64,000 nt of DNA from Eledone cirrhosa (lineage: Eukaryota). The translations under genes and the position numbers were made by a program. Location: contig OZ024743.1 in the NCBI GenBank assembly GCA_964016885.1, positions 177,816,001 to 177,880,000 of the forward strand, read 5' to 3'. The notes under the pieces were generated by a model. The model was given only the letters and a program-made list of their open reading frames with translations, had not been told where the DNA came from and did no database searches. Position 1 is the first letter of the stretch. Each line of letters starts with the position of its first letter. Below are positions 1 through 12,924 of the stretch, piece by piece.

Positions 1-133
1 AAACTCTGGTACAAACACTACACTTGCGACAATTATTGACACATAGTGCTGGGCCCATGGTACCATGTGACGACAAGTGCAGAGAGATCTCCAGATATAA
101 AGCAATGCCTGTGCCGTGAAGCTTTTATAGTGA
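1..133 (-). mobile_element. Truncated copy of the (TATG)n-associated non-coding retroposon (runs off window start)
   Basis: Near-exact reverse complement of about 24044-24176 and the matching part of 27299-27608; abuts (CATA)n. Confidence 0.8.
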
Positions 134-134
134 A

Positions 135-179
135 CATACATACATACATACATACATACATACATACATACATACATAC
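135..179. repeat. (CATA)n microsatellite
   Basis: Direct reading. Confidence 0.97.
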
Positions 180-572
180 TCAGCTGCCCACTTGATGTAA
201 ACGTTGTCAGAAAAATACCGGAGAAGGAGGACATCTACGGACCATTGGTGAGGAGTTTACAAATCCAGTATCCAAGATACACCTTTAGCTTCATACCCAT
301 CATTATTGGAGCTACGGGTTATATACCAACCCGCTTGGACCAAAGTATGACTGAACTTGGATTTGCGGACAAAGAGCGCAGCTCCCTAATTCATAGTCTA
401 CAAATGGCTGCGATAGCTGGCACCTTCAAAATTTGCAAAATATTCTTGCGATTCAAGTGATGACAATTTCTTTTCTTTTACAACCTTGCCACCAGGAAGG
501 TGGCCGGTCAAAAAATATACTCGAAATTAAGAGAAAGAGATAACATATTCGTTGCTACTTCTTATCACAAGA
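180..572 (+). mobile_element. 5'-truncated R4/Dong-like non-LTR retrotransposon, C-terminal restriction-like endonuclease end and 3' UTR
   Basis: Translation SCPLDVNVVRKIPEKEDIYGPLVRSLQIQYPRYTFSFIPIIIGATGYIP aligns by eye with 24559-24954 (EISCPADANIISKISEKENIY...MPVIVGELGYV). Confidence 0.75.
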
Positions 573-643
573 GTATGTATGTATGTATGTATGTATGTAT
601 GTATGTATGTATGTATGTATGTTTGTATGTATGTATGTATGTA
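573..643. repeat. (TATG)n microsatellite
   Basis: Direct reading. Confidence 0.97.
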
Positions 644-2373
644 TCCCTTCATTGAATATTTCACGATCATGTGCACGCAGGTGACTTTTCAGACCAGCTT
701 TTGTTTTGCAAGTGATACGTCAACTAACTGTGTCTTGGCGATACCGGCTCGGGTGTATCGTCATGCATTCTACGATCTCTGCTCAGTCCACTAGGTGACT
801 TGAAAATTAAGCCACACTCATTGCAAATGTACTACATACATGCATCACGTGACCCCCCCCCCCCCTCCCATGCATATGAGAGTCATTAAGAAGTACAAAT
901 GACAGCATCACATTTAATATTAAAATATTTACTGTAATACCTCAAATATGTTCAGCACATTCAATAGTAAAGTTATTATAAATATCTGAATAAACAAACA
1001 TATTTTTAAAAAAATATATTCTGCTAAATCCTTATATGATGTTAAGCGTTAACTTTAAGGAAACATCACCATTTGACAAATTTTCTTTCTTTCTTAATAT
1101 ATATTTTTTCCATTTATAATTTTCTCTTCGTTTTTATTTCCAACAGAGTACTGAGAGGAAACATTTCCATCAATGATTACCACATCAATTAAGTAGAAGC
1201 ATTTTCACTTGTCTCTTCAACAGTCGCAACAATGATGTTGATAAAAACGTTTGTCTAATCACCTGTAAATCCTATTCTTTCTAACATTGCAAGTTAAAAT
1301 GGTAATTGCATCGCTTGCAGTCAGATATCATCGCACCACATGCCAGGTGGTTTTTCAGCCTCTAAGATGCGGTTTGCATTGAAGGTAATTGCAGCGTTAG
1401 TTTCTCCCCATACTATATGTGATCCAAGGCGTACAGGATACAGGCTCCGGTCCGGGCATTTGCCATTGGGGCAATCAGATTTGGTGGGCTCCAAGATCAC
1501 TGAGTAACTTGCAGAGGGTAGAGATCATTTAGATATATTTTCATACGTTCATATACCGGGCCATCTCCTGCTATTAAAATGACATGATAACACATGATAT
1601 CCTTTCGGATCGATTTTTGACCGCAAATAGAACATAATTTTGGGCACACGTCCTAGCCAACATGAAAAACCATATGTTAGACAGAAGAGTTGTCCACTCC
1701 CAAAGCAATGCGGAACAAAAACGAGCAATTTAGCCTGGTACCACCTCATAGTGTTTACGTACAGCGACCAAACATGCGAGATCTTTTTTATTAATTCCGT
1801 TGCTTCATTTTCCCCATCGGTATGATTTCAATAATTATTGCAACCAATATACTTTTAATATCCATCTCGCTCAATCTGTGCTTTGAAATATTTTTTTTAA
1901 CATTTTTTTTAATGATCTTCTCAAATATCGAATATATTAATTATTGTTGTCCATATTTCAATTTGGTTTAAGTTTGACGTCATATCAATGCATTGAGTAT
2001 TAAAAAGCTAGTCTGAAATAAATATTGTTAGAATAAATATCTTAATTAAAGTCTAATATTTTTTTAACTTTTTCCAGCAAATACAGCAGCAAACTATGTG
2101 TACATTACGAAATTATACCAACCCTAACGGCTAGGCAGTGAACTCTTCATACTTGGTGAACTAGTAATAGTTGAATTACCATTTAAAAAAAGAAATTCTA
2201 CATTTGTTGACGTATGATAATAAAATGGATTTCAATTAACTCATTCAAAAACATCGTTGGTATTAAAACCAAAATTAAACTTACAGTTAATATATTTAAA
2301 GCAAGGAACATTGAAAAGTAAACTAGAAATAGTTCTTTTGAGAATTAGGTCTGTTAAATATCTAAAAATGTTT

Positions 2374-2772
2374 TTCGCCCACTTATTCCTGATAGCGTCT
2401 TGGGAGCAGAGTCAAGAAACACTCCCTTCAGCGGTCCTGTCAGAAGCAACTGTCTCCAAATGATCAGGTTAGATCCCCAAGCGATCTCAGCCGAGCACAA
2501 GGATGTTATCCAACCATTTTGCTCGGGGTCTACCTGTGGGTCTCCTGCAGGTTGGTTTTGCCTGTAAAATCTGTTCAGTGATTCTTTCGTGAGACATTCT
2601 CACCATATACCCATAGTATCGGAGCTGTGATGTCTCAATTCAGAGAGCTTGTGTCTCTACCTGGAGCGACTCTCTGAACTCCGAACCACGCACTCTTTCG
2701 AGTAACGTTACTCCCGAGACCCTTCGGAGGAACCCCATTTTAGCCGCTTGTATTCATGAGTGTATATTTAAG
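2374..2772 (-). mobile_element. RTE-clade LINE 3' fragment, decayed
   Basis: Minus strand encodes IQAAKMGFLRRV...LRYYGYMVRM...GRPTGRPRAKW, typical of the RTE C-terminus; homologous to 8081-8716, 11162-11503 and 12700-12924. Confidence 0.75.
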
Positions 2773-3134
2773 TCAACATTAATTATTGCATGTCTATATT
2801 TGTGACTAACTATTCCACCCAATCTTTTCTATTCGAACTTTATTTAGAGGAATTGAATGGACTTCCGTCAGTTTTGCCGATGAGTGTTCATGAAATTAAC
2901 GTGTACGTGGCTGAGCAGTCCACAGACATGTGTGGCCTGAACATAATTCTCGTGAAGATTCAGCATGACACTGTGACAAGGCTGGTCCTTTGAATTACAG
3001 GTACAGTCTATCTGACGGGCTTCCAAATAGTTTCCGTCTACCCAATTTCAATCACAATTCTTGTGGTGACCCCAGGCTATGGTTAATGACGCTTGTCTAC
3101 GATGTTACACTGTGGGAGCGAAACCGATAATTAA

Positions 3135-3348
3135 TAATGGTTTCTGATTTAGACACAAGGCCAACATGTTTTTTTTTTGGGGGGGGGGGAGTCGACACCA
3201 GTACATCACTGGTAATTTATTTTATCGACCCCGTAAGGATGAAACGGAAAACTAACCTCGGTGGAATTTGAACTCACAACGTAAAGGGATGTAACTATAT
3301 GCCGCTAAACATGTCCTACGCTCCACCGATTCTGCCAATCCACCGGCC
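3135..3348 (-). mobile_element. tRNA-derived SINE with Nin/Deu-like central domain
   Basis: Reverse complement of the GAGTTCAAAT...CCTTACGGGGTCGATAAAATAA...ACCAGT family motif. Confidence 0.75.
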
Positions 3349-3536
3349 TGAGACTTAATGAAAGCAAATTGAACTTCTTAACATTTCCACTTATGCTGTG
3401 TCCTCTTCTTAAATATATTATCAGTTAAACACAACTTATATTAAAAACAAAACTAGTCTTCGCTCTATAATGGATATTTAAATGCGTTTCTATTCGCTCT
3501 GTTAGTGCGAAAACTAATTTTGTTTATATTTTTCAG

Positions 3537-3560
3537 TAAAGCCAGCCATAAAACCGCTCG
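3537..3560 (+). other. Candidate 24-nt microexon of an unidentified host gene
   Basis: ACTAAT branch-like motif, pyrimidine-rich tract ending TTTCAG, 24 nt, then GTATGC donor; frame-preserving. Confidence 0.35.
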
Positions 3561-3784
3561 GTATGCAAATTTGGCTAATCAGCCGATGTATACTTTAGAG
3601 AATACTATATATTCTCAAGAGTTATAGTGTGTGGCAGAGAAGAGAGATACACAATCTTAACAAAGTGAAATTACCAAGAAACAATATTATTGTTTATCTG
3701 TCTCACCGCTAGAACAAAAGGAAGGTGAAGGTCATCTAAAACAACATAACGTAATGAGGCAGTTTGCTTGCAAACGAATCGAAT

Positions 3785-4175
3785 ATTGACAGTATCGGAA
3801 GAGGCTCGGACGCCATTCTTTGCAGCAAAGAGTTACGAACCTTTATGATCTGAGTTCAATCCCGCCGAAGTTAACTTTGCCTTTCATCCTTACGGGGTCG
3901 ATAAAATAAAGTACCAGTGTATTACTGGGATAACTGCTGGCCTTGTGCCAAAAGTAGAAACAATTATTATTCGATATAAAGTGCGGTGGGTTGGCAGTAT
4001 CGGTAGAGGGTCAGACGTCATACTTAGCAGCATAGAGTTACGACCCTTTACAGTCTGATTTCAAATGCCGACGAGGTTAACTTTGCCCTTCATACTTTTG
4101 GGGTCGATAAAATAAAGTACCAGTAATGCACTGGGATAATTGCTGGCCTTGAGCTCAAATTAGTAACAATTATTA
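3785..4175 (+). mobile_element. Two tandem Nin/Deu-like SINE copies
   Basis: Each has a B-box-like GAGTTCAA/GATTTCAAAT, TTTGCCYTTCAT...GGGGTCGATAAAATAAAGTACCAGT and an ATT tail; ATTATTATTCrATATAAAG is duplicated around the second copy. Confidence 0.85.
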
Positions 4176-4323
4176 TTCAATATAAAGCTAAAGAATACAA
4201 CTTAAATGTTTTACTAGATATGTGATATTTACAAAGAATATTGAAGGTTGGAAAATCACTGATGAAGGACTATTTTTATCATATGTAACCCATGTGCAAC
4301 CACGCAGTATTCTTTCTTCTCAT

Positions 4324-4423
<100 letters not shown>

Positions 4424-4836
4424 TTGCATACACCTGACCATTTTTGCAGACGTCATTATCCATTAACAGAGCATGTTAATACAGCCGCTTGATGAAAACC
4501 GTTTTCCTTTGGCTCGGAATAAATGATCATTGAAAATTAGGAGTGCCTGCATTTGTATCATTGTCATTCACTATGTATTTTTCTCTAAATATAGTTTTTA
4601 CAATGAATCTCCTTTCTTTAAATCCATAAACTAATGACCTCCACCCATCCTAAACACCACCTTTCCCTACCACTAGAAAATGTATAAATACTTCCATATC
4701 ACATAGACAGTTGGCTTTCCTGGTGATTTCCTTCGAATGAAACAGTTCTAGTCATGTAGAAGCCAGTTCTATATTAGAAATTTATACTCTGCTATGTATT
4801 GAGTATCTTACGTAATTACCCCCGATTGAACCCGAG

Positions 4837-4886
4837 ACACACACGCACACACCTGACACGCACACGCACGCACACGCACACACACA

Positions 4887-4981
<95 letters not shown>
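4837..4981. repeat. Compound (CA)n(TA)n microsatellite
   Basis: Direct reading. Confidence 0.95.
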
Positions 4982-5416
4982 TATTTATATTCTGTTTCTC
5001 GTTTCGTATGTTTGCAATTGTTGTATATCGCACAATAAACCCATTGATGCAAAGACTTACAAACATCCACTACTTTATCTCTTCGCGACTGATTTGGCCC
5101 AGATGATATGTGCACACACACACGCACACACACAAACATATACATATATATATATATACTTGTGTATAATGGTAGCTATGGTGCTTCCATAGGCGGTATG
5201 CCAAAGTTAGCACTCAATATTCATACAGAGTAGAGTGTGGATAGTATAAAAAAACGGAAAATTTTCTCCGAACGAACTACCCGTGTCCGAAGGAACCTGC
5301 AGCCGTAGAATCATCCAGATCCATACAGTGATCATGTCTCGAACTACCTGCCGGCGAAACAATTGTAACACGCAATAAACTGTGTCCAGATGCATCACTG
5401 ATTTTTCGTTTATTTA

Positions 5417-5453
<37 letters not shown>

Positions 5454-6640
5454 CATAAAAATAATGTTATTGTAATGGGATATGTATTATTAATTTTGTT
5501 TTGATTTGACTTATTTGCTTGTTAGTTTGTCTATATGATAATTTGTTTGTCTATTTGTCTGTTTGTTTTCGGTTTGTATTTTTTTCTTTTTTTGCTGGTC
5601 TCTAGTTAACTATCATTCGAAAATACAATCATAATTATGCAAATTGAATTGGCTACATAAATATATAGAAATCATACACCAAAACAGAATAAAACTGAAA
5701 ACCTATTTATTAATATGAATAACAGAAATTATGGAGCCAATGAACTATTATTTGTACTTGTCAGAATTTGATATCTTTTGGAAGCTAAACAGATGGATTG
5801 GGTTTTCAAATAGCTTATGTATTGCAGTAAGGCGGCAGATTGGTAGAGTAGGTAAAATGTCGGATAGGCTCTCTGCCCCGTTAGTTCAAATCCTGGTGAG
5901 GTCAATTTTGCCTTTTATCTATCCGAGGTTTATAAGAAAAAAGACCAGTCTAGTACTGGGCTCCGTTCTTCCTCTATATCTCTTTCTCACTTTCTATAAT
6001 TCTCTAGAAGAAATCTGCTGTACTAAGGCCTGGAGAGGGATGACTTAAAATGCCCAAGAAACGCCATATGTCAATACGGCATCCCTACGAGTTACGGGGC
6101 CATACCATTCCAAGTATTGCATGAAATGAAACATGTATTGCCGAAAAGTCTCCACTTTGGTATGGGCTTCATTCACCCAACAATGGTATATATGTCGAAT
6201 CATCGTATAATGTCATTTGTATAATAACTTAACTACCCGCATAAAAGACAAGATTTACATGGTGAAATGAAAGTGCTTCCTAAGACTCAAATATCAGTGG
6301 CTATGGTAAATGACATATGTTCAGTATGTTCACATTGTGGGTCGAACACAGAACCTGATGAATACGAACTTCTTAATCATTCGGTCATGCTCCATCCAGT
6401 GAGGTTAAATAACTTGTAGGGTGTTCTTCAAACTCCCAGAATTACCAGCTATTTGCAAAATGTTGTCCAAGATAAAACATATGAATAACAAGGACGACGG
6501 CGGCGGCTGCGGCGGCGCCAACAAACAACACCGCCTAGAACACAAAGAAGAGAGAACATAAAAAGAACATAGCAAGAACAGGAACACAGCAAATATACTC
6601 CTTAAATTCGCTGACCACGCAAATGAGTTTATCAAATAAA

Positions 6641-7438
6641 TGAGTGTGTAACATATAATAAGTGTGTAAGTTATAATGAGTGTGTAAGATATGACTGTGT
6701 AAGATATGAGTGTGTAAGATATAATGAGTGTGTAAGATATGAGTGTGTAAGATATGACTGTGTAAGATATGAGTGTGTAAGATATAATGAGTGTGTAAGA
6801 TATGAGTATGTAAGATGTAATGAGTGTGTAAGATATCAGTGTGTAAGATATGACTGTGTAAGATATGTGTGCGTAAGATATAATGAGTGTGTAAGATATG
6901 AGTGTGTAAGATATAATAAGTGTGTAAGATATGAGTGTGTAACATATGAGTGTGTAAGATATAATCAGTGTGTAAGATATGAGTGTGTAAGATATGAGTG
7001 TGTAAGATATAATCAGTGTGTAAGATATGAGTGTATAACATATGAGTGTGTAAGATATAATCAATGTGTAAGATATGTGTGTGTATGATATGAGTGTGTA
7101 AGTTATAATGAGTGTGTAAGATATGAGTGTGTAAGATATGATTGTAAGATATAATGAGTGTGTAAGATATGAGTGTGTAAGATATGAGTGTGTAAGATAT
7201 AATGAGTGTGTAAGATATGAGTGTGTAAGATGTAATGAATGTGTAATATATGAGTGTGTAAGATATAATGAGTGTGTAAGATATGAGTGTGTAAGATATG
7301 AGTGATAAGATATGAGTGTGTAAGATATGAGTGATAAGATATAATGAGTGTGTAAGATATAATGAGTGTGTAAGATATGAGTGTGTAAGATGTAATGAGT
7401 GTGTAAGATATGAGTGTGTAAGATGTAATGAGTGTGTA
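6641..7438. repeat. Minisatellite with interspersed 15-bp (GAGTGTGTAAGATAT) and 18-bp (+AAT) units
   Basis: Direct reading; unit lengths are multiples of 3, which explains the spurious 377-aa and 168-aa ORFs. Confidence 0.95.
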
Positions 7439-7957
7439 AAGTGGGAATGATGTAGGAGTAGCTGTTGCAGTGGGTGTCTCTAGCCATTCTCCGCGGTAAC
7501 ACCTTTGCTATTGTCTCTGCAGGGCGCAAGTGAGGCACTGCTCAGACTGGGTTCTTTCCCCACTTTCTCTTTCTTTTATTGCTTGATTCTTTTCTTTTCT
7601 TTTTTCTTCTTTCCCCTTCTTTCATAGCTTGATTCTTTTTTTTTTTTTTCTTCTTTTCATTTCCCTTTGTTTTGTTCCCTTTAATAGTTTGTTTTGTTTT
7701 TCTATAAACAGTTTTGTAAAATAAAATGTTGAACTCCCCGAAAGGAAGTTGGAGAAGTAGCTTCTGGCAGTGGTGTCTCTCGTTCAAGTGTGACTAATCT
7801 CAGAATGAGCCACAAGGTTAATACACTATTTAGAGAAGAGTGATACTTGTTTTGTTTTGCTGTATATGTAATAGAGAAGAAATGACTTCATTGTTCCTTT
7901 CCCGGAGCATTTCTTTACCATTTCTATAATGAAGTGTCTTTTACATCTTTACTTATA

Positions 7958-8080
7958 CTAGCAGAAGAAATGCCCTCGGGCGGTTTCTGCTAGCATATGT
8001 AGTGTGCATATTGGTATCATACGCAAATATATATATGCTTATAGATTTAATATGTAAATTGGAAAGTAAATTGACAATAT
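7958..8080 (-). mobile_element. Non-autonomous Helitron 3' end, cut by an RTE insertion
   Basis: CTAG terminus with adjacent hairpin; homologous to 26388-26510. Confidence 0.6.
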
Positions 8081-8716
8081 CTTCTTCGCCCACTTATTTT
8101 GAGAGGGTTATGGGAGCAGAGTCCTTCTCAAACACTCCTTCCAGCGAATCTGCCAAAATCTCTAACTGATCCAGCTGGATTCCAAAGCGAGACCAGCCAA
8201 GCTCATGGATGTTATCCAACCATCTTGCTCAGGGTCTACCTCTTGGTCTCTTGCCGGTTGGTTTTTCCTGTAAAATCTGTCCAACGATTCTTTAGGGAGA
8301 CATTCTTACCACATGTCCATAGTATCGGAGCTGTGATGTCTCAATTCGGAGAAGTAGCGGCTCTAACCGGAGTGACTACCTGATCCCCGAGCTACGCACT
8401 TTATCGAGTAGCGTTGCTCCAAATACCCTTCGAAGGAACCCCATTTCGACCGCTTGTATTTGCAATTGTATTCTTTCGGTCATTACCCAAGATTCATGAC
8501 GTTCAGTTAAGGTTGGCATGTATACCAGGAAGACAGCGAGTTTTGCCTTTACACCTACCCCCCTGAAGCAGGCGCATTACTGCCTCAGCTTTTGCAATTC
8601 TTGCACTTAATTCAGCCTCCAACGTTTCATCACTCCTGAACACTGCTCAAAGATACTTGAACTTCTCTACCTGCTTCAGCAGAACTCCGTTCATATGTAT
8701 ATACATTTGAGGGACT
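8081..8716 (-). mobile_element. RTE-clade LINE 3' fragment
   Basis: Minus strand reads LKQVEKFKYL...ELSARIAKA...IQAVEMGFLRRVFG...RPGRPRARW; short GAA tail. Confidence 0.85.
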
Positions 8717-8904
8717 TCTGTCCATCCGTCATTCACAAAATGTGTGTGTGTTTGTGTGACTATGTGTGTGTAAAAGGAAAGAAGGGGGTACACACATATA
8801 TATGTCTATAACTTAAAAACGGTGACACACATACACACACGTCTCTAATTTAAGAACGCCGACAAACTCACGCACGCGCAGATGCACACTCTCGTAGTAC
8901 CACT

Positions 8905-9231
8905 TAAGAGCTTTGGCTCGGGAAAACATCCACTCAATTTTAGAACCGTCTGGGTTCTCCAGCATTGATGGAAAACGACCTGACAGTCTTACCCTGTGCC
9001 CCCGGTCACAGTTGGTAAGGGTGAGAGCTACAGCATCCGCAGCTGAACGGAACATAATCCTAAAATACCGTGTTCTGTCGGCTAACTACATTTTCCAGCC
9101 TGTGGCGTTCGAGACGTTGGGGGGGGGGGGGGCTACTGACTGCGAGATTCCTATCTTCAAATGTAGCTCGCCTAACCGAGGTAACTGGTGATGCTCGTGA
9201 GGACGCTCTGTTGTTCCAGCACCTCAGCTTC
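8905..9231 (+). mobile_element. CRE-clade non-LTR retrotransposon restriction-like endonuclease fragment
   Basis: LEPSGFSSIDGKRPDSLTL...AAERNIILKY...YIFQPVAFETLG...TGDAREDALLFQHLS motifs; internal deletion and frameshift. Confidence 0.8.
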
Positions 9232-9363
9232 GGTCCTAGATGTATGTATTACCTGCTTGGGTGTTGTATGAGGTCCTAGATGTGTGTATTACCTGCTTGG
9301 GTGTTGTATGGGGTCCTAGATGTGTATATTACCTTCTCGTGTGTTGTATGGTGTCCTAGATGT
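9232..9363. repeat. 40-bp tandem repeat, about 3.3 copies
   Basis: GTCCTAGATGT recurs with 40-bp period (9233, 9273, 9313, 9353). Confidence 0.9.
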
Positions 9364-9369
9364 GCGTTA

Positions 9370-9572
9370 AGTGACTTAAATTACAAGACACCCCCTCTGA
9401 ACAGGACACCAGTCCATGGCAGTGTTAAGCCTCCAACGATTGCTGCTGGCATTCATTTCAGCTGAGTACACTCGAGCAACATAAAATGAAGAACACAGCA
9501 CACTACTGAGTCCAGTCATCGAACACACGATATTTTGACCATAATTCCAACGTCTTTACCACTAGGTCACAC
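9370..9572 (-). mobile_element. Second tRNA-derived SINE family (CORE-like), decayed
   Basis: Reverse complement resembles 22368-22605 and 32535-32830 (ACTCAGCTGAAATGAAT...ATGGACTGG...CCTGTTCAG). Confidence 0.6.
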
Positions 9573-9728
9573 TTCTCAAAATTTCACTTTGGTGGAATCC
9601 GGTTTCAGAATATAGAATAAGTACCGCACGGTATATTGTCCTACGGTCTAATGACTTAGCAAATTCACTTTAATTGTATGTGACTCCTCTGAGATTGGTA
9701 TATATCGTATGTATGTATGTGTGTATGG

Positions 9729-9982
9729 GGATATCTCGGTATGCGGTTATCTGTGTATCTGGATATCTCTGTATGTGGTCATCTGTGTACGTGGATATCT
9801 CTGTATGTGGTCATCTGTGTACGTGGATATCTCTGTATGTGGTCATCTGTGTACGTTGATATCTGTGTATCTGGATATCTGTGTATCTGGATATCTGTGT
9901 ATATGAGTATCCGTGTATGTGGATATATGTGTATTTGAGTATCCGTGTATGTGGATATGTGTATTTGAGTATCCGTGTATGT
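9729..9982. repeat. 16/32-bp minisatellite (GGATATCTCTGTATGT/GGTCATCTGTGTACGT)
   Basis: GGATATCTC recurs at 9761, 9793 and 9825. Confidence 0.85.
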
Positions 9983-10019
9983 GTGTCGGTATGTGTTACG
10001 TGTGCATGTGCGTGCCTGT

Positions 10020-10745
10020 GTGTGTGTGTATAATGTTATGTACGTGGGGTCCATTACGTGTGAGATGTGTACATACCTTATGTATGTGTGTGTATGTGTA
10101 TGTGTGCGCATGTGAGTGTGTGTTTGTGTGTGTGTGTGTAATCTTATGTATGAAGAAGTGCATTACTTGTGAGATTTCTACATATCCTTTGTTTGTATGC
10201 CTGTATGTATGCATGTGTGTTTGTGTTTATTAAGCATGTGTGCGTGCGCGCGCGTGTGTGTGTGTGCGTGTGTGTAATGTTATGCACAAAGTGGTCCATT
10301 TAATATCCTATGTACGTGTGCCTGTATGTGATCCTGGATGTGTGCGTATATGTGTGTATGTGTGTATGTATGTGTGTGATTATGTGTGTGTGTGTGTGTA
10401 TGTATGTGTGTGTGTGTGTGTGTGTTTGTGTGTGTGCAATGTTATGCACAAAGTGGTCCATTTAATATCCTATGTACGTGTGCCTGTATGTGATCCTGGA
10501 TGTGTGCGTATATGTGTGTGTGTATGTGTGTATGTATGTGTGTGATTATGTGTGTGTGTGTGTGTGTGTATGTGTGTGTATGTGTGTGCATGTATGTGTG
10601 TGTATGTGTGTGTGTTTGTGTGTGTGCATGCTTGTGAGTTTTTGTCTGTGTTTATGTGAGCGTTTGTTAGCGTCTGGGTGTGTGTGTGTTCGCCCTTGTT
10701 TGTGTGTATGTAATCTTATGTACGAAGAAGTACAATATTGCAAGT
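10020..10745. repeat. Compound repeat: conserved AAT(G/C)TTATG block separated by (TG)n tracts
   Basis: Near-identical blocks at about 10276 and 10438; diverged ones at about 10031, 10140 and 10712. Confidence 0.75.
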
Positions 10746-11161
10746 GTTTGTTCATTCAATAATTTACTTAAAACCAATTTTTTTCAAAAATCTCAAACTA
10801 TTATTAAATTAGACTTCATTAAAGCGTTGCTTTGTTCTTTAATAGGGTGGGTAAAAGCTAATCGCTAGAAATAGGATGAACGTATTTCATGTGCTGATGT
10901 AAAAAATCGATCCCCTTTTAAAATCACTTTATGATCTCTATATGTTTCATACGATATTTTAATGTAATGCGGTCTCCGATTTATAAAACGCTTCTTGAAT
11001 TGTTTACCTTAATCAGCGTATTTGTTATCTTGTACAGTCACAAGGAATAAACAATCTCTTCGAACTAATAGCTGACCTCATAGTTCGTTCATTATTGATA
11101 TACGTTTGTATCTTCCTTTTAAAGTATTACTTCCATTATCTGTTTTTCAGTGTGTTCTAAA

Positions 11162-11503
11162 AAATACGATCGCGAATACAAACAGCCGAAATGAGGTTTA
11201 TCCGAAGGGTCTTTGGAGTAATGTTACTCGATAGAGTGCGTAGTTCGGAGATCAGACAATCACTACTTCACCAGATTCAGAGATTACAACTCCGGTATTA
11301 CGGGCATGTGATTAGAATGACTCAGGAAAAAGTCGCGTTAAGGGCAAAAGCAGTGTGATGTTTGAGGACTCTGACCCCACGACCCTCTCAGGATTAAGTG
11401 GGCAAAGAAGAAGAAGAAGAAGAAGAAGAAGAAGAAGAAGAAGAAGAAGAAGAAGAAGAAGAAGAAGAAGAAGAAGAAGAAGAAGAAGAAGAAGAAGAAG
11501 AAC
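11162..11503 (+). mobile_element. RTE-clade LINE 3' fragment with (GAA)n tail and 19-bp target-site duplication
   Basis: TSD TTTTTCAGTGTGTTCTAAA at 11143-11161 and 11504-11522; (GAA)n at about 11407-11502; internal deletion relative to 8081-8716. Confidence 0.9.
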
Positions 11504-12155
11504 TTTTTCAGTGTGTTCTAAAGAAGATATGGCGCTTCATTTGATGTAACAGGCTTAGAAGAACATGAATTGGAATAATGCAAAATTTCAAACTATTTAT
11601 CATGTCGAATATTGCTAAGATGTTTCTCACTACAGATTGAAAGTCTACAGAATTTAATAGCCAATTAATCATCAACTTTTACAACACACAAAACATAGAT
11701 ATGGCAATATACGGGAAACAAAGGCATTGACCGAGTAAATAACATTCAATATTTCAGAAAAATAATTACGTTCTTGTAACATGAAGTTAAAGAGTGCAGA
11801 TTTGTGGCAAAGCAAAAATCTCAATTTTGGTTCTGTTGCAAATGTCCATCATTTCAAGTGGATAGAAGATGACGAGTTATCTCCACCTTTTTCGCAATTC
11901 AACCTGCTTCTCTTTTGATTAAATGTAGCTAATTTATAGAAGCATTCCTTCCATCAGGAAAATGGTGAATTTAACAATAAATATTGATTTCTCAGTTTGT
12001 TGATCATGATAAAGTATGTTTTTATCGTGTTTCTTCGAAATAGAAGTATGCTTTCAAATGTCATAATCCATGTTGTAAAATTAATCTCTAGCATAGAGTA
12101 TTTGCTTTAAGTTAGAAGTTCCAGAATTATTCTACATTTAATCCTACTCTTCGAT

Positions 12156-12518
12156 GACATTTGCTGATGTACCTACTAAAAAAACCCGTTAGTACATGTG
12201 TCAGTTTATGATATTTGCTGACATACATACTAACAAACACGTTAGTAGGTATAGCAGTTTAATACATGTGCTGACATACCTACTAACCAGCTTGTTAGTA
12301 CGTGTGTCAGTTTAATACATTTGCTGATATACCTACTAACCAACTTGTTAATACGTGTGTCAGTTTAATACATGTGCTGACATACCTACTAACTAACTTG
12401 TTAGTAGGTATGTCATTTAAAGACATTTTCTGATATACCTACTAGCAAAGTTGTTAGTACGTATTTAGTTTAAGACATTTGCTGATATACCTACTAACAA
12501 ACATGTTTGTCAGTTTAA
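12156..12518. repeat. 53-bp minisatellite (about 7 copies) with palindromic monomer
   Basis: Monomers at about 12161, 12215, 12268, 12321, 12374, 12427 and 12479; CTGACATACCTACTAAC-N6-GTTAGTAGGTATGTCA. Confidence 0.9.
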
Positions 12519-12699
12519 AATCTCATTGGCACATTCGTCCTTTCATATCATACAAACAATATTCTAAATATTTAACACAAGATTGAGAACAATATTGTAC
12601 CAAAATGGAGATATATCATAATTTATATAATTCTTACAAAATGAAAATATAAACACAAATAAAAAATCATATAATAAATACAATTAATCATTGCTAGGA

Positions 12700-12924
12700 A
12701 CCAGTTAGTTTTGCCCGTAAAATCTGTCCAACGATTCCTTCCTGAGACATTCTATCCACATGCCCATTTTATCAGAGCTATGATCGTTCAATTCGGAGAA
12801 GTAGTGGCTCTACTTGGAGTGACTCTCTGATCTCCGAGCTACACACTCTATCGAGTAATGATACCTCAAAGATCCTTCGGAGGAACCTCATTTCGGCCGC
12901 TTGAATCCGCGATCGTATTCTTTC
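12700..12924 (-). mobile_element. RTE-clade LINE internal fragment
   Basis: Homologous to 8255-8480. Confidence 0.75.

Noticed and set aside
1318-1749. Minus-strand frames faintly resembling a Tc1/mariner transposase (CPDRSLYPVRLGSHIVWGE)
   Set aside because: Too degenerate; no terminal inverted repeats or clear DDE residues found by eye.
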